Counted from the stretch's first letter, positions 1-9,966 are shown. The stretch: DNA of 64,000 nt from Candidatus Saccharimonadota bacterium (GCA_017510985.1 JAFWLR010000001.1:1384-65383), one strand, 5' to 3'. Notes: a model not told the origin generated them from the sequence alone. Program-made: numbers and translations.

Positions 1-637
1 GCTACTGGCATTGGTGATTTCGGGGGGACATACACAGATTTTGTACATGCCAGAGCATAATACATTTGAGATCGTGGGGACAACAAGAGACGATGCGGTG
101 GGGGAGTGTTTTGATAAGGTGGCAAAAATATTGGGGCTGCCGTATCCTGGTGGACCAAGTATTGCAAAGGCGGCACTAGAGGGTGACCCCTTGAAATATA
201 AATTACCGCATCCGAAGGTGGAGGGGTTGGATTTTTCGTTTTCGGGTTTGAAGACGGCGGTGCTCAGAGCCGTGCAGAAGGAGGTGGGGGTGCCGATTTC
301 GTATCCGTCACATAAGTTGAAGGAACTCTTGTCAGAGCAGCAAGTGCGAGATTTTGCGGCGTCGTTTCAGAAAACGGCGGTGGATGTTTTGTGCGAAAAA
401 TTAAAGATGGCACTAGAAAAGTATCCGGATGTGCAGTCGGTGGTGGTGGCAGGTGGAGTAAGTGCAAATCAAGCTTTGAGAGAGGCTTTGCCGGAAGCTT
501 ACTTCCCTGTTCCATCGTTATCTGGGGACAATGGAGCGATGGTAGCAGCGGCGTGCTATTATGAGATTTTGAGTGGGGTAAAACCAACGGACCCATATAA
601 ACTGAATATTTATCCTAGAATATCGATCGAAAAATAA
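1..637 (+). CDS. tsaD: tRNA N6-adenosine threonylcarbamoyltransferase TsaD (5' truncated by window)
   Basis: SGGHT, TRDDAVGECFDKVAK, YPGGP, FSFSGLKT, VAGGVSAN, DNGAM motifs. Confidence 0.95.
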   Translation, partial: LLALVISGGHTQILYMPEHNTFEIVGTTRDDAVGECFDKVAKILGLPYPGGPSIAKAALEGDPLKYKLPHPKVEGLDFSFSGLKTAVLRAVQKEVGVPISYPSHKLKELLSEQQVRDFAASFQKTAVDVLCEKLKMALEKYPDVQSVVVAGGVSANQALREALPEAYFPVPSLSGDNGAMVAAACYYEILSGVKPTDPYKLNIYPRISIEK

Positions 638-661
638 GAAAAAGCCCGCGAGTGCGGGCTG
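638..661. terminator. Hairpin between convergent genes
   Basis: AGCCCGC-gagt-GCGGGCT stem preceded by an A-tract. Confidence 0.6.
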
Positions 662-801
662 CCGAAAAAGGAAGGATGCATATCTACGATTGCTGCGGAT
701 AAATTGTAATTTACGTAGATAATGAATGAGTGAGTGCAATATGAAAATGTGAGTTGCTAAAATGCAGGGTCTCACAGATACACATCCTTTCGTCAGCAGC
801 G

Positions 802-1185
802 CTACTTGGCCTGTTCTCTGATTTCGTTAATGACGATGTACAGAGGGCGAGCTGGGGCGGCGAGACCAGAGCACTTGATTGCCTCGTGATAGAGGCCTTC
901 AAGATATTCTGGGTGCACGATTAGCTCGTGGAAGAAAAAGTCAATTTCCTCCCCCAACATGCCAAAGGATAGGCGCGGGAACTGATCGCAAGTGTAATAG
1001 GCTCGGCGAGCACGGTTGACTATATCGGGAAAATGCTGGTCCCGGATAAAATCTTCCAACTCGTTGATGACGATATTATCATCACAAACGGCTGCGACCG
1101 AGTCTACCACTTTGTATAGGCGGACGACCATTACGAGGTCCACCACCGTTCCCCAGTACTGCTGATAGACGGCTGTGTTTTGCAT
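802..1185 (-). CDS. Hypothetical protein
   Basis: 127 aa ORF with AAAGGAA upstream; no recognisable motif. Confidence 0.6.
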   Translation of the reverse strand: MQNTAVYQQYWGTVVDLVMVVRLYKVVDSVAAVCDDNIVINELEDFIRDQHFPDIVNRARRAYYTCDQFPRLSFGMLGEEIDFFFHELIVHPEYLEGLYHEAIKCSGLAAPARPLYIVINEIREQAK

Positions 1186-1336
1186 AAAGCATCACGTTCC
1201 TTTCAATCTCTGTAAAGAGCTCGGGTGTTTGGGTACTTCTAATTCGCCAAACAGGACTGGTTTGATTGTAGCATAAAATGGGGATTTTGTAAAGTGTTGC
1301 AGGGGTAAATTTGGGGGTTGCGCGGGAAGGTGAATA

Positions 1337-1505
1337 TGCTATAATGGGGTTATAAGTCTTACGTTATTCACAAACCGCAATTTTTAAAATCAAGTGGTTG
1401 TATTGAAGGAAGAAATCGGCACCGTGTGTGCATGATCCTTCAATCGACTATGATTGGATGCGGTTGTGTGAATGGCGTAAGACACCAAGCACGGTGTCGA
1501 TTTTT
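1337..1505 (+). promoter_or_regulatory. Extended -10 promoter plus structured leader RNA (copy 1)
   Basis: TGcTATAAT at 1337-1345; stem 1356-1379/1459-1483; inner stem 1402-1410/1436-1444; loop 1413-1426 complementary to 1490-1503, then T-tract. Confidence 0.75.
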
Positions 1506-1545
1506 ATCGGGACTGGCTAAGTTAAAATGTTAATCCGGAGGTCAC

Positions 1546-4077
1546 ATGTCTCTCACTAAAAAACTCGCAAGAAAGTATTCAAAAGATAATCTAAATAAGC
1601 CTAGCGAAAGTGTCAGTAGGCAGCCCGGTCGGGATGTCAGAGACAGCATTCGGACTAGGGAGGGCAAATGTATAACTCCTACTGGCACTTTCACTCGGTT
1701 TATTAGTAGTAAGGCAATTGGAATACGATTTTTCTCGGGCCGGGGTTCCTCGCGCCCGTCTTCACGGGGCTCGGCCCCCTTATTCCTCGGCAGCAGCCTC
1801 CGGACTCCCTCGAAAAATGTATTCCCAATTGCCTTCATCCTATTATTAGCTATATCAGCGCTGGTAAGTTCTGATACTTACGCCACGGCTAGTTCCATTA
1901 CGGTCTCAGTCTCTTCTACTGGTCCTATTGTGATGAATATCCCACCTACTAAGGATGGTAAATTTGTCAGTAGTAATGCAGTAACTATTGGTGTAGAGAC
2001 TACGCATGCTAGTGGCTATACATTAACGGCTAATGCTACAGATTTATCCTACAATGATGGCAATAATATTAATACTATAGCTACTTTACCAGCTAACACT
2101 GCTATTAACGCTGCTACTTTTACTGATACTAGTACCAATACTTATAACAATAAATGGGGTTATCTACCAAGTAAGTATTGTGCTAGTAGCAGCACTAGTA
2201 GCTGTGTAGATAATACCACTAGTAACACCCAGTATTATCTACCAGCTCCTATTAGTCCTAATAGCCAAACTCTAGATATTACAAGTACAGCTAGTGAAGT
2301 AGAAGATGGTACTAGTAACTTAATACCTACTAACTATACAGTAGCTATAGGAGCTAGATTAGACTATACAGTAGCACAAGGAGCCTATACTACTGATTTT
2401 ACCTTTGCTGCAGTAGGGAATCCTACACCCTATACTATTACCTACTATGCTAATGATGGAGCGGATGGAGCCAATACGACTAATATGCCAGCTAACCATA
2501 CAGCTAGTGAAGAAGGCTCTATGGGAGAGACAATTAATTTAGCTACTAATACGCCATATCGTAATGGTTATCTATTTCTAGGTTGGTGCACTACCCAAGT
2601 AGCAGATAATGGTACTTGTAATAGTCCAAGTACACTATATAATGCAGGTGCTACTTATGCACTAGACCAGACTGGTACTAATAATAGTCTTACTCTCTAT
2701 GCCGTATGGAACTCCTGTAGTGGTACTAATGCTACATCATTACTATATTGTAAAGTGCAAGCTCAAGTCAAGAAAGATGGTAATGGCAACGAGAGGACTC
2801 AAACCCTAGCTGATATGCAAGCTACTATTACTGAACCTACCTCAAATAACCCCGCTACAGATACTAGTAATTCTGGAGTTTATAAGTATGATGCTGCTAC
2901 TTTTGGCGTAGCTAGTGATGCTGCTAATACTATGCCTATCTACTACTTCCGAGGTATTCTAGATCAGACTTACAAATACTCAGATGCACCCAATGATGAA
3001 CCAACAGGCATTCCTTCCAGTGGTGACAGTGCTTATTACCAGAACTTTGTCTTATTAGACCAAGATGGCATTAAAGATACTAATGACACTTGCTGGCGGA
3101 TTGTTAGGACTACTGGTTCCGGTGGTACCAAGATGATTTATAATGGTAATTGGGATGTTACAGATGGTTGTGCTAAGGTGCAAAGCAATGCACGAATTAC
3201 TTCTACTTATTATAATCGCGGCACGATAACAAACGGCTCTATAGATTATGATAAGACTAGAGAGACGAATCTATACGGCACCAGAGGTTATGTGGTCTAT
3301 GCGGGTTATAACTATAATAACGACTATAAATATGCTGGTAATCCTTCTAGTAATACCTTTTATACTGATTTTGTTTTAAATAGTACTCTCTTTAAAAACA
3401 TTAACGAAGATGGTATTATGACTGCATCTAATCTCAAAACTATTATAGAAGATTGGTATACTAACACAGGCGACTTGTCTAATTACGCTAACAAATTAGA
3501 AACCAGTGCTGGGTGGTGTAATGATAGATCTACCACTTCTTCACCATTAGCTAATGATTCTACAATTCCTTATGCACCGGGTTCTAGATATGGAACGGGC
3601 AATTGGCTTGGATTTGGTGCTTATCAACGAAATGCAGTAACGAATGGATCGGCTTCCCTAAATTGTCCCAATGTAACCAGTCAGGATTTATTAACTATCG
3701 ACAATGGCTTTATGAGTGAACCGTCGGCGTTATTAACTGAAGATGAGGTAATTTTTGCTGGACATGGTTATCCAGTGGGCACGAAAGTTGGTGATGATAC
3801 TTATTATTATCCAGATACATTAACAGATTTTTCTTCTAGCTGGTCTTATCGTTCTTTCTTGCGATCCGGTTCAACTTTCTGGCTATTATCACCTTCTGCT
3901 CGAGATTTCCTAATTGGCGGCGTGTATGTATTTTATGTAACTTCATTAGGATATTCAGGCTCTCAACCGGTGCATAATTCTTATGATGTACGTCCCGCCA
4001 TTTCGCTTAATTCTGGTACTACAGTATCAGGTGGCAGTGGCACCGCAAGTGACCCGTGGGTGGTGACCGCGCCGTAA
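1546..4077 (+). CDS. Large secreted/surface protein with InlB B-repeat-like domain and C-terminal CLec/DUF6273-like domain
   Basis: GGAGG RBS; hydrophobic signal ending TYA; YTITYYAN..P.RNGY.F.GW..LYAVW repeat signature; CWRIVRT; FWLLSP...VRPAISL C-terminus. Confidence 0.8.
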   Translation: MSLTKKLARKYSKDNLNKPSESVSRQPGRDVRDSIRTREGKCITPTGTFTRFISSKAIGIRFFSGRGSSRPSSRGSAPLFLGSSLRTPSKNVFPIAFILLLAISALVSSDTYATASSITVSVSSTGPIVMNIPPTKDGKFVSSNAVTIGVETTHASGYTLTANATDLSYNDGNNINTIATLPANTAINAATFTDTSTNTYNNKWGYLPSKYCASSSTSSCVDNTTSNTQYYLPAPISPNSQTLDITSTASEVEDGTSNLIPTNYTVAIGARLDYTVAQGAYTTDFTFAAVGNPTPYTITYYANDGADGANTTNMPANHTASEEGSMGETINLATNTPYRNGYLFLGWCTTQVADNGTCNSPSTLYNAGATYALDQTGTNNSLTLYAVWNSCSGTNATSLLYCKVQAQVKKDGNGNERTQTLADMQATITEPTSNNPATDTSNSGVYKYDAATFGVASDAANTMPIYYFRGILDQTYKYSDAPNDEPTGIPSSGDSAYYQNFVLLDQDGIKDTNDTCWRIVRTTGSGGTKMIYNGNWDVTDGCAKVQSNARITSTYYNRGTITNGSIDYDKTRETNLYGTRGYVVYAGYNYNNDYKYAGNPSSNTFYTDFVLNSTLFKNINEDGIMTASNLKTIIEDWYTNTGDLSNYANKLETSAGWCNDRSTTSSPLANDSTIPYAPGSRYGTGNWLGFGAYQRNAVTNGSASLNCPNVTSQDLLTIDNGFMSEPSALLTEDEVIFAGHGYPVGTKVGDDTYYYPDTLTDFSSSWSYRSFLRSGSTFWLLSPSARDFLIGGVYVFYVTSLGYSGSQPVHNSYDVRPAISLNSGTTVSGGSGTASDPWVVTAP
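1595..1704. repeat. Coding palindromic element A in surface-protein N-terminus
   Basis: GAAAGTGTCAGTAGG / CCTACTGGCACTTTC inverted repeat with extension; near-identical copy at 20959-21069. Confidence 0.75.
1705..1839. repeat. In-frame palindromic insertion (45 codons) absent from the paralog
   Basis: AAGGCAATTGG (1711-1721) / CCAATTGCCTT (1825-1835) terminal IR; inner CCCGT-cttc-ACGGG hairpin; paralog at 18769-21120 has the empty site. Confidence 0.85.
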
Positions 4078-4148
4078 GCCCACCATTTTATATAATTTGC
4101 CGTTCTTTATCTAGACACCTCAATAAAAATATGTTAGGATAGGAAGGT

Positions 4149-4757
4149 ATGATAGTCTTTATTGACGGAGAAAACTTCAGGCAACGGCTTTCTGATTGCT
4201 TGCTGGCTAGTGGACGGACCAAAAAGAGTGAGAATTTCAAATATGATGTTGCTGGTCTGTTGAGAGAAGTGTTAAATTCGAATGACCTGGATATCAGATA
4301 TTATGCTTCTGAAATTAAAACACCTGTTGGGTATGTTCCGGCTAAAAGAGTCCAAAAACAGATTAATAATATTCGTAGCTATACACGAAAGTGGGTTGCT
4401 GATATTAAAAATCAGGGTATAAACTACATAAAGGCTGGAAATTTGAAAGTTAAAGAGGGCAAACCGTGTTATAAGTGCCGCGCACGTCAAGAACACCTGC
4501 AAGAAAAAGGTGTTGATGTCCGGATATCGCTTGATATATTTGAGGCATCGCTCGATAAAAATACCAAAGAAATAGCAGTATTTAGCTCGGACACAGATTT
4601 ATGCCCAGCATACCATAAGATTAAAAAATATGGGACGACAGTAAAATATCTTTGTTTTGCGCCTTATTTGAATCGTGCGGTCTCTGCTGCTACGACCGAA
4701 ACGATCACAATTACGGCAGCTATTGCTGCGAAATTTTTGAAAAATAGTGAACTTTAG
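4149..4757 (+). CDS. NYN domain (LabA/DUF88, PIN-fold) protein
   Basis: VFIDGENF, QEKGVDV, SSDTDL motifs. Confidence 0.88.
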   Translation: MIVFIDGENFRQRLSDCLLASGRTKKSENFKYDVAGLLREVLNSNDLDIRYYASEIKTPVGYVPAKRVQKQINNIRSYTRKWVADIKNQGINYIKAGNLKVKEGKPCYKCRARQEHLQEKGVDVRISLDIFEASLDKNTKEIAVFSSDTDLCPAYHKIKKYGTTVKYLCFAPYLNRAVSAATTETITITAAIAAKFLKNSEL

Positions 4758-4917
4758 TTACTCCATAAACAGATGTAATCAAAGAAATTTTTAGTAAAAT
4801 TTACAAAAAGTGGTATTTTACTATTGCAAAAATAAATTTTATATGCTATAATGAGAATGCTTCACCCCGTGTTGGCTTTGTGCCTCAGCGGGGCCATTTT
4901 TATGGTATAATTTGAAT

Positions 4918-7263
4918 ATGAGATTAGCAGGGTTAACGGAGGAGCAGGTTCGAAAACGAATAGAGGAAGGACGAGTAAACCGAACCCCACGGAAAAATAC
5001 CAACACCGTGGGGAGAATTGTGTTGACTAATACGTTGACAATTTTTAACCTGGTGAACTTGATACTGGCACTGATGATTATCTCGGTGGGGGCATATAAG
5101 AATCTACTATTTATACTAGTAGCGATTGCAAACACTTTGATTAGCATCGTGAACGGAATCCGGGCAAAGCGAACAATTGACAAAATGCGCCTAACCGCAG
5201 AACAGCAGCCAACCGTAATTAGAGAGGGCAAAGCGCAACAAATTGCAAGCTCACAAATTGTGGATGGAGATCTATTGGTACTAGCACTGGGCGACCAAGT
5301 GATAGTGGACGCTAGAGTAGAAGAGGGGCAAGTGGAAGTAAACGAGTCATTTATTACAGGTGAGGCGGATAATATCGTGAAAAAACCGGGGGACCAGCTG
5401 CTATCAGGGAGTTTTATTGTATCGGGAACTTGTAAAGCAACGGCGACAGCGGTGGGGGCGGATAATTTTATTAACAAATTAGAAAGTAATGCTCGCACGA
5501 TCAAGACGGCGGATTCGAAACTATTCAGAGTGATAAATAATATTGTGAAATATGTGTCGTTTGCGCTGATTCCGATTGGGGCGCTTTTGCTGTGGGCAAG
5601 GTTTAATGTACCAGATACGACAGCGGAAGTAGCAGTGACTTCGACGGTGGCAGGGCTGATTAGTATGATCCCGGAGGGGCTGGTGCTGCTGACCTCTAGC
5701 GTGCTAGCTCTGGCGACGATTCGGCTGGCGAAACAAAAAGTGTTGGTACAGGATTTGTACTCGGTAGAGACGCTGGCTAGAGTAGATACGATTTGTCTAG
5801 ATAAGACCGGGACACTGACGACCGGTAAGATGACAGTGAAGGGATTAGTGTTACCTAGTGAGTCTACTAAAATTCTGGATGTGAATGATAAGTCACCAAC
5901 CACTGCCCAAAAATCCCTCCAGAACGCGCTAAAGCTTATCCTGAGTACTTCCGATACTAATAATGCTACTTCGGCAGCTTTGAAGGCAAAATTGCTAAAA
6001 AGGGCCAAATTTAAGCCCACAGAGCAAATTATAGAAACGATCCCGTTTTCGTCGGATAGAAAGTATTCGGGGGTGGTGACGAATAAGGCGACTTATCGGA
6101 TGGGGGCACTAGAATTTATGACCGATAATGCGAAATATTTAACGGAGGAAAAGAAAATTGAGGGGCAGTACCGAATAATTGGGGTAATGAAAGATAAAAC
6201 TTTGCTAGGATTTGCGCTACTTGAGGATGAGCTACGAAAAGATGCAAGCAATATTATTCAGTTCTTTAAGGATAATGAGGTGGCGGTGAAAATTATTTCG
6301 GGAGATAATCTAGAGACGGTAAAAACAATTGCTGAGCAAGTGGGGCTAAAGGACCCGGCAGCGGTGGATTTGTCTAAGGTGGCGGCGCCGGTGGATTATG
6401 AGCGACTAGTGAAAGAATATGAGATTTTTACAAGGGTAAAGCCGGCGCAGAAAAAATCACTAGTGTTGGCGCTGAAAAAACAGGGGCGGACGGTGGCAAT
6501 GACGGGGGATGGAGTGAACGACATCCTGGCGATGAAGGAGGCCGACTGTTCGATTGCGATTGGGGAAGGTTCAGATGCGGCGAGGCGATCTGCAAAGTTG
6601 GTGCTACTAAATAACGATTTTGCGGGGGTACCGAAAGTGATTGCGGAAGGGCGACAATCCATTAATAATTTGGAAAGGTCGGCGACGCTGTTTCTATCTA
6701 AAAACACCTACGCGGCGATTTTGGCGGTGTTGTTTATTTTGATTCCGGTGGAGTCACCTTATGCGCCGCTAGAGATGTCGTTACTTAACTTTGCTTGCAT
6801 CGGGTTACCAGGGGTGATTTTGGCGCTAGAACCGAATACGAAGCGGATTAAAAATAAATTTACAATGAATATTTTGCAATACTCAGTACCGACAGGGATA
6901 ACGGTGGCAATTACGATGTTAGTCTTTTCCCTACTGGCGGCAAATATGGGCTACACGCGACCAGAGTTAATTACGACTTCGGCGGTGGTAACTTTTGCGA
7001 TTGATTTCTTACTGATTTTTTCAATTGCGCGGCCGCTAAATCTGCTGAGGACGATTTTATTAGCGGTAATTGTGGGGATTATTACGCTGGCGATGGCAGT
7101 GCCGTTTATCAGGGAGTTCTTAGACTTTACGGTACTTGATCCAGATAAAATCTTATTGGCGGTGGTGCTAGTGGCAGCGGCGTACGCAGTGTTCCTGGCG
7201 ATGCGATGGGTGATGCAGAAATTGACACCAAAGATTTTGCGGAATCCGAAACTGCAAATTTAA
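4918..7263 (+). CDS. P-type cation-translocating ATPase (CtpE-like)
   Basis: ITGEAD, PEGL, DKTGTLT, GDGVND motifs; TGgTATAAT 6 nt before ATG 4918. Confidence 0.93.
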   Translation: MRLAGLTEEQVRKRIEEGRVNRTPRKNTNTVGRIVLTNTLTIFNLVNLILALMIISVGAYKNLLFILVAIANTLISIVNGIRAKRTIDKMRLTAEQQPTVIREGKAQQIASSQIVDGDLLVLALGDQVIVDARVEEGQVEVNESFITGEADNIVKKPGDQLLSGSFIVSGTCKATATAVGADNFINKLESNARTIKTADSKLFRVINNIVKYVSFALIPIGALLLWARFNVPDTTAEVAVTSTVAGLISMIPEGLVLLTSSVLALATIRLAKQKVLVQDLYSVETLARVDTICLDKTGTLTTGKMTVKGLVLPSESTKILDVNDKSPTTAQKSLQNALKLILSTSDTNNATSAALKAKLLKRAKFKPTEQIIETIPFSSDRKYSGVVTNKATYRMGALEFMTDNAKYLTEEKKIEGQYRIIGVMKDKTLLGFALLEDELRKDASNIIQFFKDNEVAVKIISGDNLETVKTIAEQVGLKDPAAVDLSKVAAPVDYERLVKEYEIFTRVKPAQKKSLVLALKKQGRTVAMTGDGVNDILAMKEADCSIAIGEGSDAARRSAKLVLLNNDFAGVPKVIAEGRQSINNLERSATLFLSKNTYAAILAVLFILIPVESPYAPLEMSLLNFACIGLPGVILALEPNTKRIKNKFTMNILQYSVPTGITVAITMLVFSLLAANMGYTRPELITTSAVVTFAIDFLLIFSIARPLNLLRTILLAVIVGIITLAMAVPFIREFLDFTVLDPDKILLAVVLVAAAYAVFLAMRWVMQKLTPKILRNPKLQI

Positions 7264-7335
7264 AGGCGTGTGATATAATTTAATCAGAAGTAAAATGTTG
7301 GAGTTTCTATCCAAGGTAGATTAGGAGGCTAGAAA

Positions 7336-7947
7336 ATGAGTCAGCAGAAGTTTAGAGTTTATCGTCGTAAGTTTTTTGATTCTGAGCCTTACCCCCGGGA
7401 ATACTGGCTAATGACGCCGGATGAACTGCTCCAGAGAGTAAGAGAGGATAGTGAGAGGAGTGATTATAATTGGATTACGTCGGCGGCTGAATTAGTGCAT
7501 ACCTGTAATCAGGTGGGGTTTCCAAGCGAGGTGGCGGCAAAAATTAAAGATTTAATATTGAATTGTTTTGCCAATATGATGAATCCTGGACAAATGAGGG
7601 GAGATCGAGCAGCGGTGTTTGACTGTTACACTGCTACAAAAAATGAGGAATTGAGAACTCGGTTTTTGAGAGGCTTGGTCTTGGGGGCAATGAATCGTTG
7701 CTACGGGAACGACATCGTGTGGGCGTTTTATCACGATGCTGATCTAGAAAAAACGTTCATGGAACAAAAACTACAAGAACTCCAAGCAGCAGAAGAGAGA
7801 GCGTCAGTGTCTGAACGATATAACGTGTATGTCGCATGGTATAATAACCTAATCAAAGATTACGATAAATTGCTTGACCAAGCGGAAAAGGAAGGAAAGG
7901 TGGGGACGAGAGATTGGTTTCTGCCAGCTGATGCATTCGTTTACTAG
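7336..7947 (+). CDS. Hypothetical protein
   Basis: 203 aa ORF, AGGAGG RBS, own promoter and terminator. Confidence 0.7.
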   Translation: MSQQKFRVYRRKFFDSEPYPREYWLMTPDELLQRVREDSERSDYNWITSAAELVHTCNQVGFPSEVAAKIKDLILNCFANMMNPGQMRGDRAAVFDCYTATKNEELRTRFLRGLVLGAMNRCYGNDIVWAFYHDADLEKTFMEQKLQELQAAEERASVSERYNVYVAWYNNLIKDYDKLLDQAEKEGKVGTRDWFLPADAFVY

Positions 7948-7954
7948 TAATGCT

Positions 7955-7981
7955 GGCCGGCGGTAAAAAGCCGGCCTTTTT
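7955..7981 (+). terminator. Rho-independent terminator
   Basis: GGCCGGC-ggtaaaaa-GCCGGCC followed by TTTTT. Confidence 0.8.
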
Positions 7982-8083
7982 GCGATTAGTGATGTCTGAA
8001 CTTATGGAATAGAGGGTTGAATTAACTGGGGTAATTCATAGTTGACTTTTGGTATGAACTAATATATAATTCATGATGAAAGG

Positions 8084-8452
8084 ATGGGTATGAAAATTAC
8101 TAAAAATAGAGAAAATATGAGTTACGCAGTAGCGATAAATTCGTCGGGACAGGCGACGATACCAAAGGCGGTGCGGGAGTTTCTGGGGGTAGTGCCGGGC
8201 GAGAATCGGTTGATTTTTGATTTTGAGGGGAAAAATGTAGTACTAAAGAGAGAGAAATCACGGAGAGAGCTGTTAGAAAAATCATTAGATAAGATTCGGC
8301 GTAGTGTGGAAAAAGAAAAAAAACAGAACCCTGAATTTGCAAAAGGTTTTGAAAAATATAAGGATATGACCTTTAATGAGGTGCGCGACGCTTATGATGC
8401 GACGCCGGAAGGCAAGAAAGAATTTGAGGAAAAATATGGATTCAAAATCTAG
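8084..8452 (+). CDS. AbrB/MazE/SpoVT-family antitoxin
   Basis: INSSGQATIPKAVREFLGV swapped-hairpin motif; overlaps downstream PIN gene. Confidence 0.85.
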   Translation: MGMKITKNRENMSYAVAINSSGQATIPKAVREFLGVVPGENRLIFDFEGKNVVLKREKSRRELLEKSLDKIRRSVEKEKKQNPEFAKGFEKYKDMTFNEVRDAYDATPEGKKEFEEKYGFKI

Positions 8453-8840
8453 AGAAGTTTCAATTGACAGTTGTATACTCTTGAGAATTATACAAAGGAA
8501 TAATCACGAACAATACAAAAAAGCTGTAGATTTGCTGTTGAATGGTTATGATTACTATGTGGATAGCGTGGCAATAATGGAGGTAGTCTATGTGCTGACA
8601 AAAGAAAAAATGCGCAGAGCCAAAATCTTAGAAAATCTAAAAACCCTGCTAGACAATCCAATGATAATTTATGACAAAATGTTTTTCGCGGGAGTGTTTG
8701 AGAAATACGCTACGCACCCTTCGTTATCTTTTGACGATTGCATATTAGAAGCGCGAATTGCTATGAAACGTAAAGAACCGCTGTGGACGTTTGATAAGAA
8801 ATTTGCCAATCAATCTGAGGTGGCGGAGCTGGTGGTTTAG
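8436..8840 (+). CDS. PIN-domain (VapC-like) toxin
   Basis: IDSCILLR, E..YVL, SFDDC, LWTFDKKF; start revised to ATG 8436. Confidence 0.88.
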   Translation: MDSKSREVSIDSCILLRIIQRNNHEQYKKAVDLLLNGYDYYVDSVAIMEVVYVLTKEKMRRAKILENLKTLLDNPMIIYDKMFFAGVFEKYATHPSLSFDDCILEARIAMKRKEPLWTFDKKFANQSEVAELVV

Positions 8841-8855
8841 TGGCCTAGAGGGATA

Positions 8856-8883
8856 AAAACCGGCGGTGGAGGGCCGGTTTTTT
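8856..8883. terminator. Bidirectional terminator
   Basis: AAAAACCGGC...GCCGGTTTTT between convergent genes. Confidence 0.75.
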
Positions 8884-8901
8884 GTAATTAGTGGTTGGTG
8901 A

Positions 8902-9966
8902 TTAGTGGTGTTTTAATTTATGGAGGAGTTGGTGGAGGTGGTAGAAGGCGGAGTTGATAGGTAACTCGTAAGCGCCAAGGAGCTCAGTAACGTGGCCATT
9001 TTTAGTACTATCAAAACCTTTTTTGAAGCGGTAGATGCCGTAGTCAGGGCTGGATGGATCGGGGAGGCCACGGATGCCGTAAAAATTATAGCGCTTAAAG
9101 TGGTGGTCGGCGGCGTATTTAATCATGTGCCATTGGATTAAATACTGGGCATTGTACTCTTTCATATATTTTTCTTCACTGCCGGAAAAGAGGTAGGTAA
9201 CCTCGTCGCCGTAAAGCATAAACATAGCAGCTGAGATTGGTAGGCCATTCGCTTCCGCTACCATGAACTTGACTTCTCCTCGCTTATGGAAAAGATCATA
9301 CATCTTCTCGTAATAGCTGAGGGATTTGTCCTCAAAATGGCGACGATTACTGGTAGATTCGGTGATTTGCTTAAAAATGCCGAGTTCTTCTTTCCCTAGT
9401 TCGCGGATTTTGACACCGCTTCGCTCGGCTCGGTGAACGAGATTACGGGTGTTTTGCTTGAAATCCTTGAAAATTTGCTCTGAGGTGCGGCCAGCAAAGT
9501 CTACAACAAAAGCGTATTTGGGTTCGTCAGGCTCCGGAAGAGATTGGAAACCGGCGCGACGGAGGTTTTGCAAAGCCGAGCGGTGGTCAAAACCATTTTT
9601 GACGATTTTGCCGTCGCGATCACGTTCAATTAACTCGTAGTAAGGCTCGATGTGAAGAAGGTAGCCGTTGTGGGATTTAGCGTAGCGCTTTAAATGTTTG
9701 AAGAAGAAGTCTACTAAGCTGGCGTTTTCGTAGTCTAAGAGAGGGCCACCGGGGGCGTAATAGAGGGATTTGCCCAGGAAAGTCGGTTTGGCGACGACGA
9801 GGCTGGCGGCGATAATGTTGCCGTTTTGTTTGACGCCAAAATAGTAAGCAGTCCAACCGTTTGATTCGCGTAATTTGGCGATTTCGAGGGTTTGGTAGAA
9901 AGATTTAAAGGGGTTCTCATCGGCAAACTTGCGAAATTCTGCTGGGTCTAGCAATACAAAATTCAT
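8902..9966 (-). CDS. FemABX-family peptidoglycan bridge aminoacyltransferase
   Basis: YAPGGPLLDY, YLIQWHMIKYA, YNFYGI, GIYRFKKGF motifs. Confidence 0.9.
   Translation of the reverse strand: MNFVLLDPAEFRKFADENPFKSFYQTLEIAKLRESNGWTAYYFGVKQNGNIIAASLVVAKPTFLGKSLYYAPGGPLLDYENASLVDFFFKHLKRYAKSHNGYLLHIEPYYELIERDRDGKIVKNGFDHRSALQNLRRAGFQSLPEPDEPKYAFVVDFAGRTSEQIFKDFKQNTRNLVHRAERSGVKIRELGKEELGIFKQITESTSNRRHFEDKSLSYYEKMYDLFHKRGEVKFMVAEANGLPISAAMFMLYGDEVTYLFSGSEEKYMKEYNAQYLIQWHMIKYAADHHFKRYNFYGIRGLPDPSSPDYGIYRFKKGFDSTKNGHVTELLGAYELPINSAFYHLHQLLHKLKHH

Noticed and set aside
3860-4077. Diversity-generating retroelement acting on the CLec/FISUMP C-termini
   Set aside because: No reverse transcriptase, Avd or adenine-variant template repeat seen in this window; a remote DGR cannot be excluded.
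5840-5965. Possible degenerate palindromic insert in the P-type ATPase (C-rich patch, TTCTGGA/TCCAGAA)
   Set aside because: Only a 7-bp inverted repeat; needs an ortholog alignment to show that it is an insertion.
4839-6020. 393 aa antisense ORF over the P-type ATPase, and the many other shadow ORFs
   Set aside because: Opposite-strand or alternate-frame shadows of well-supported genes, with no motifs.
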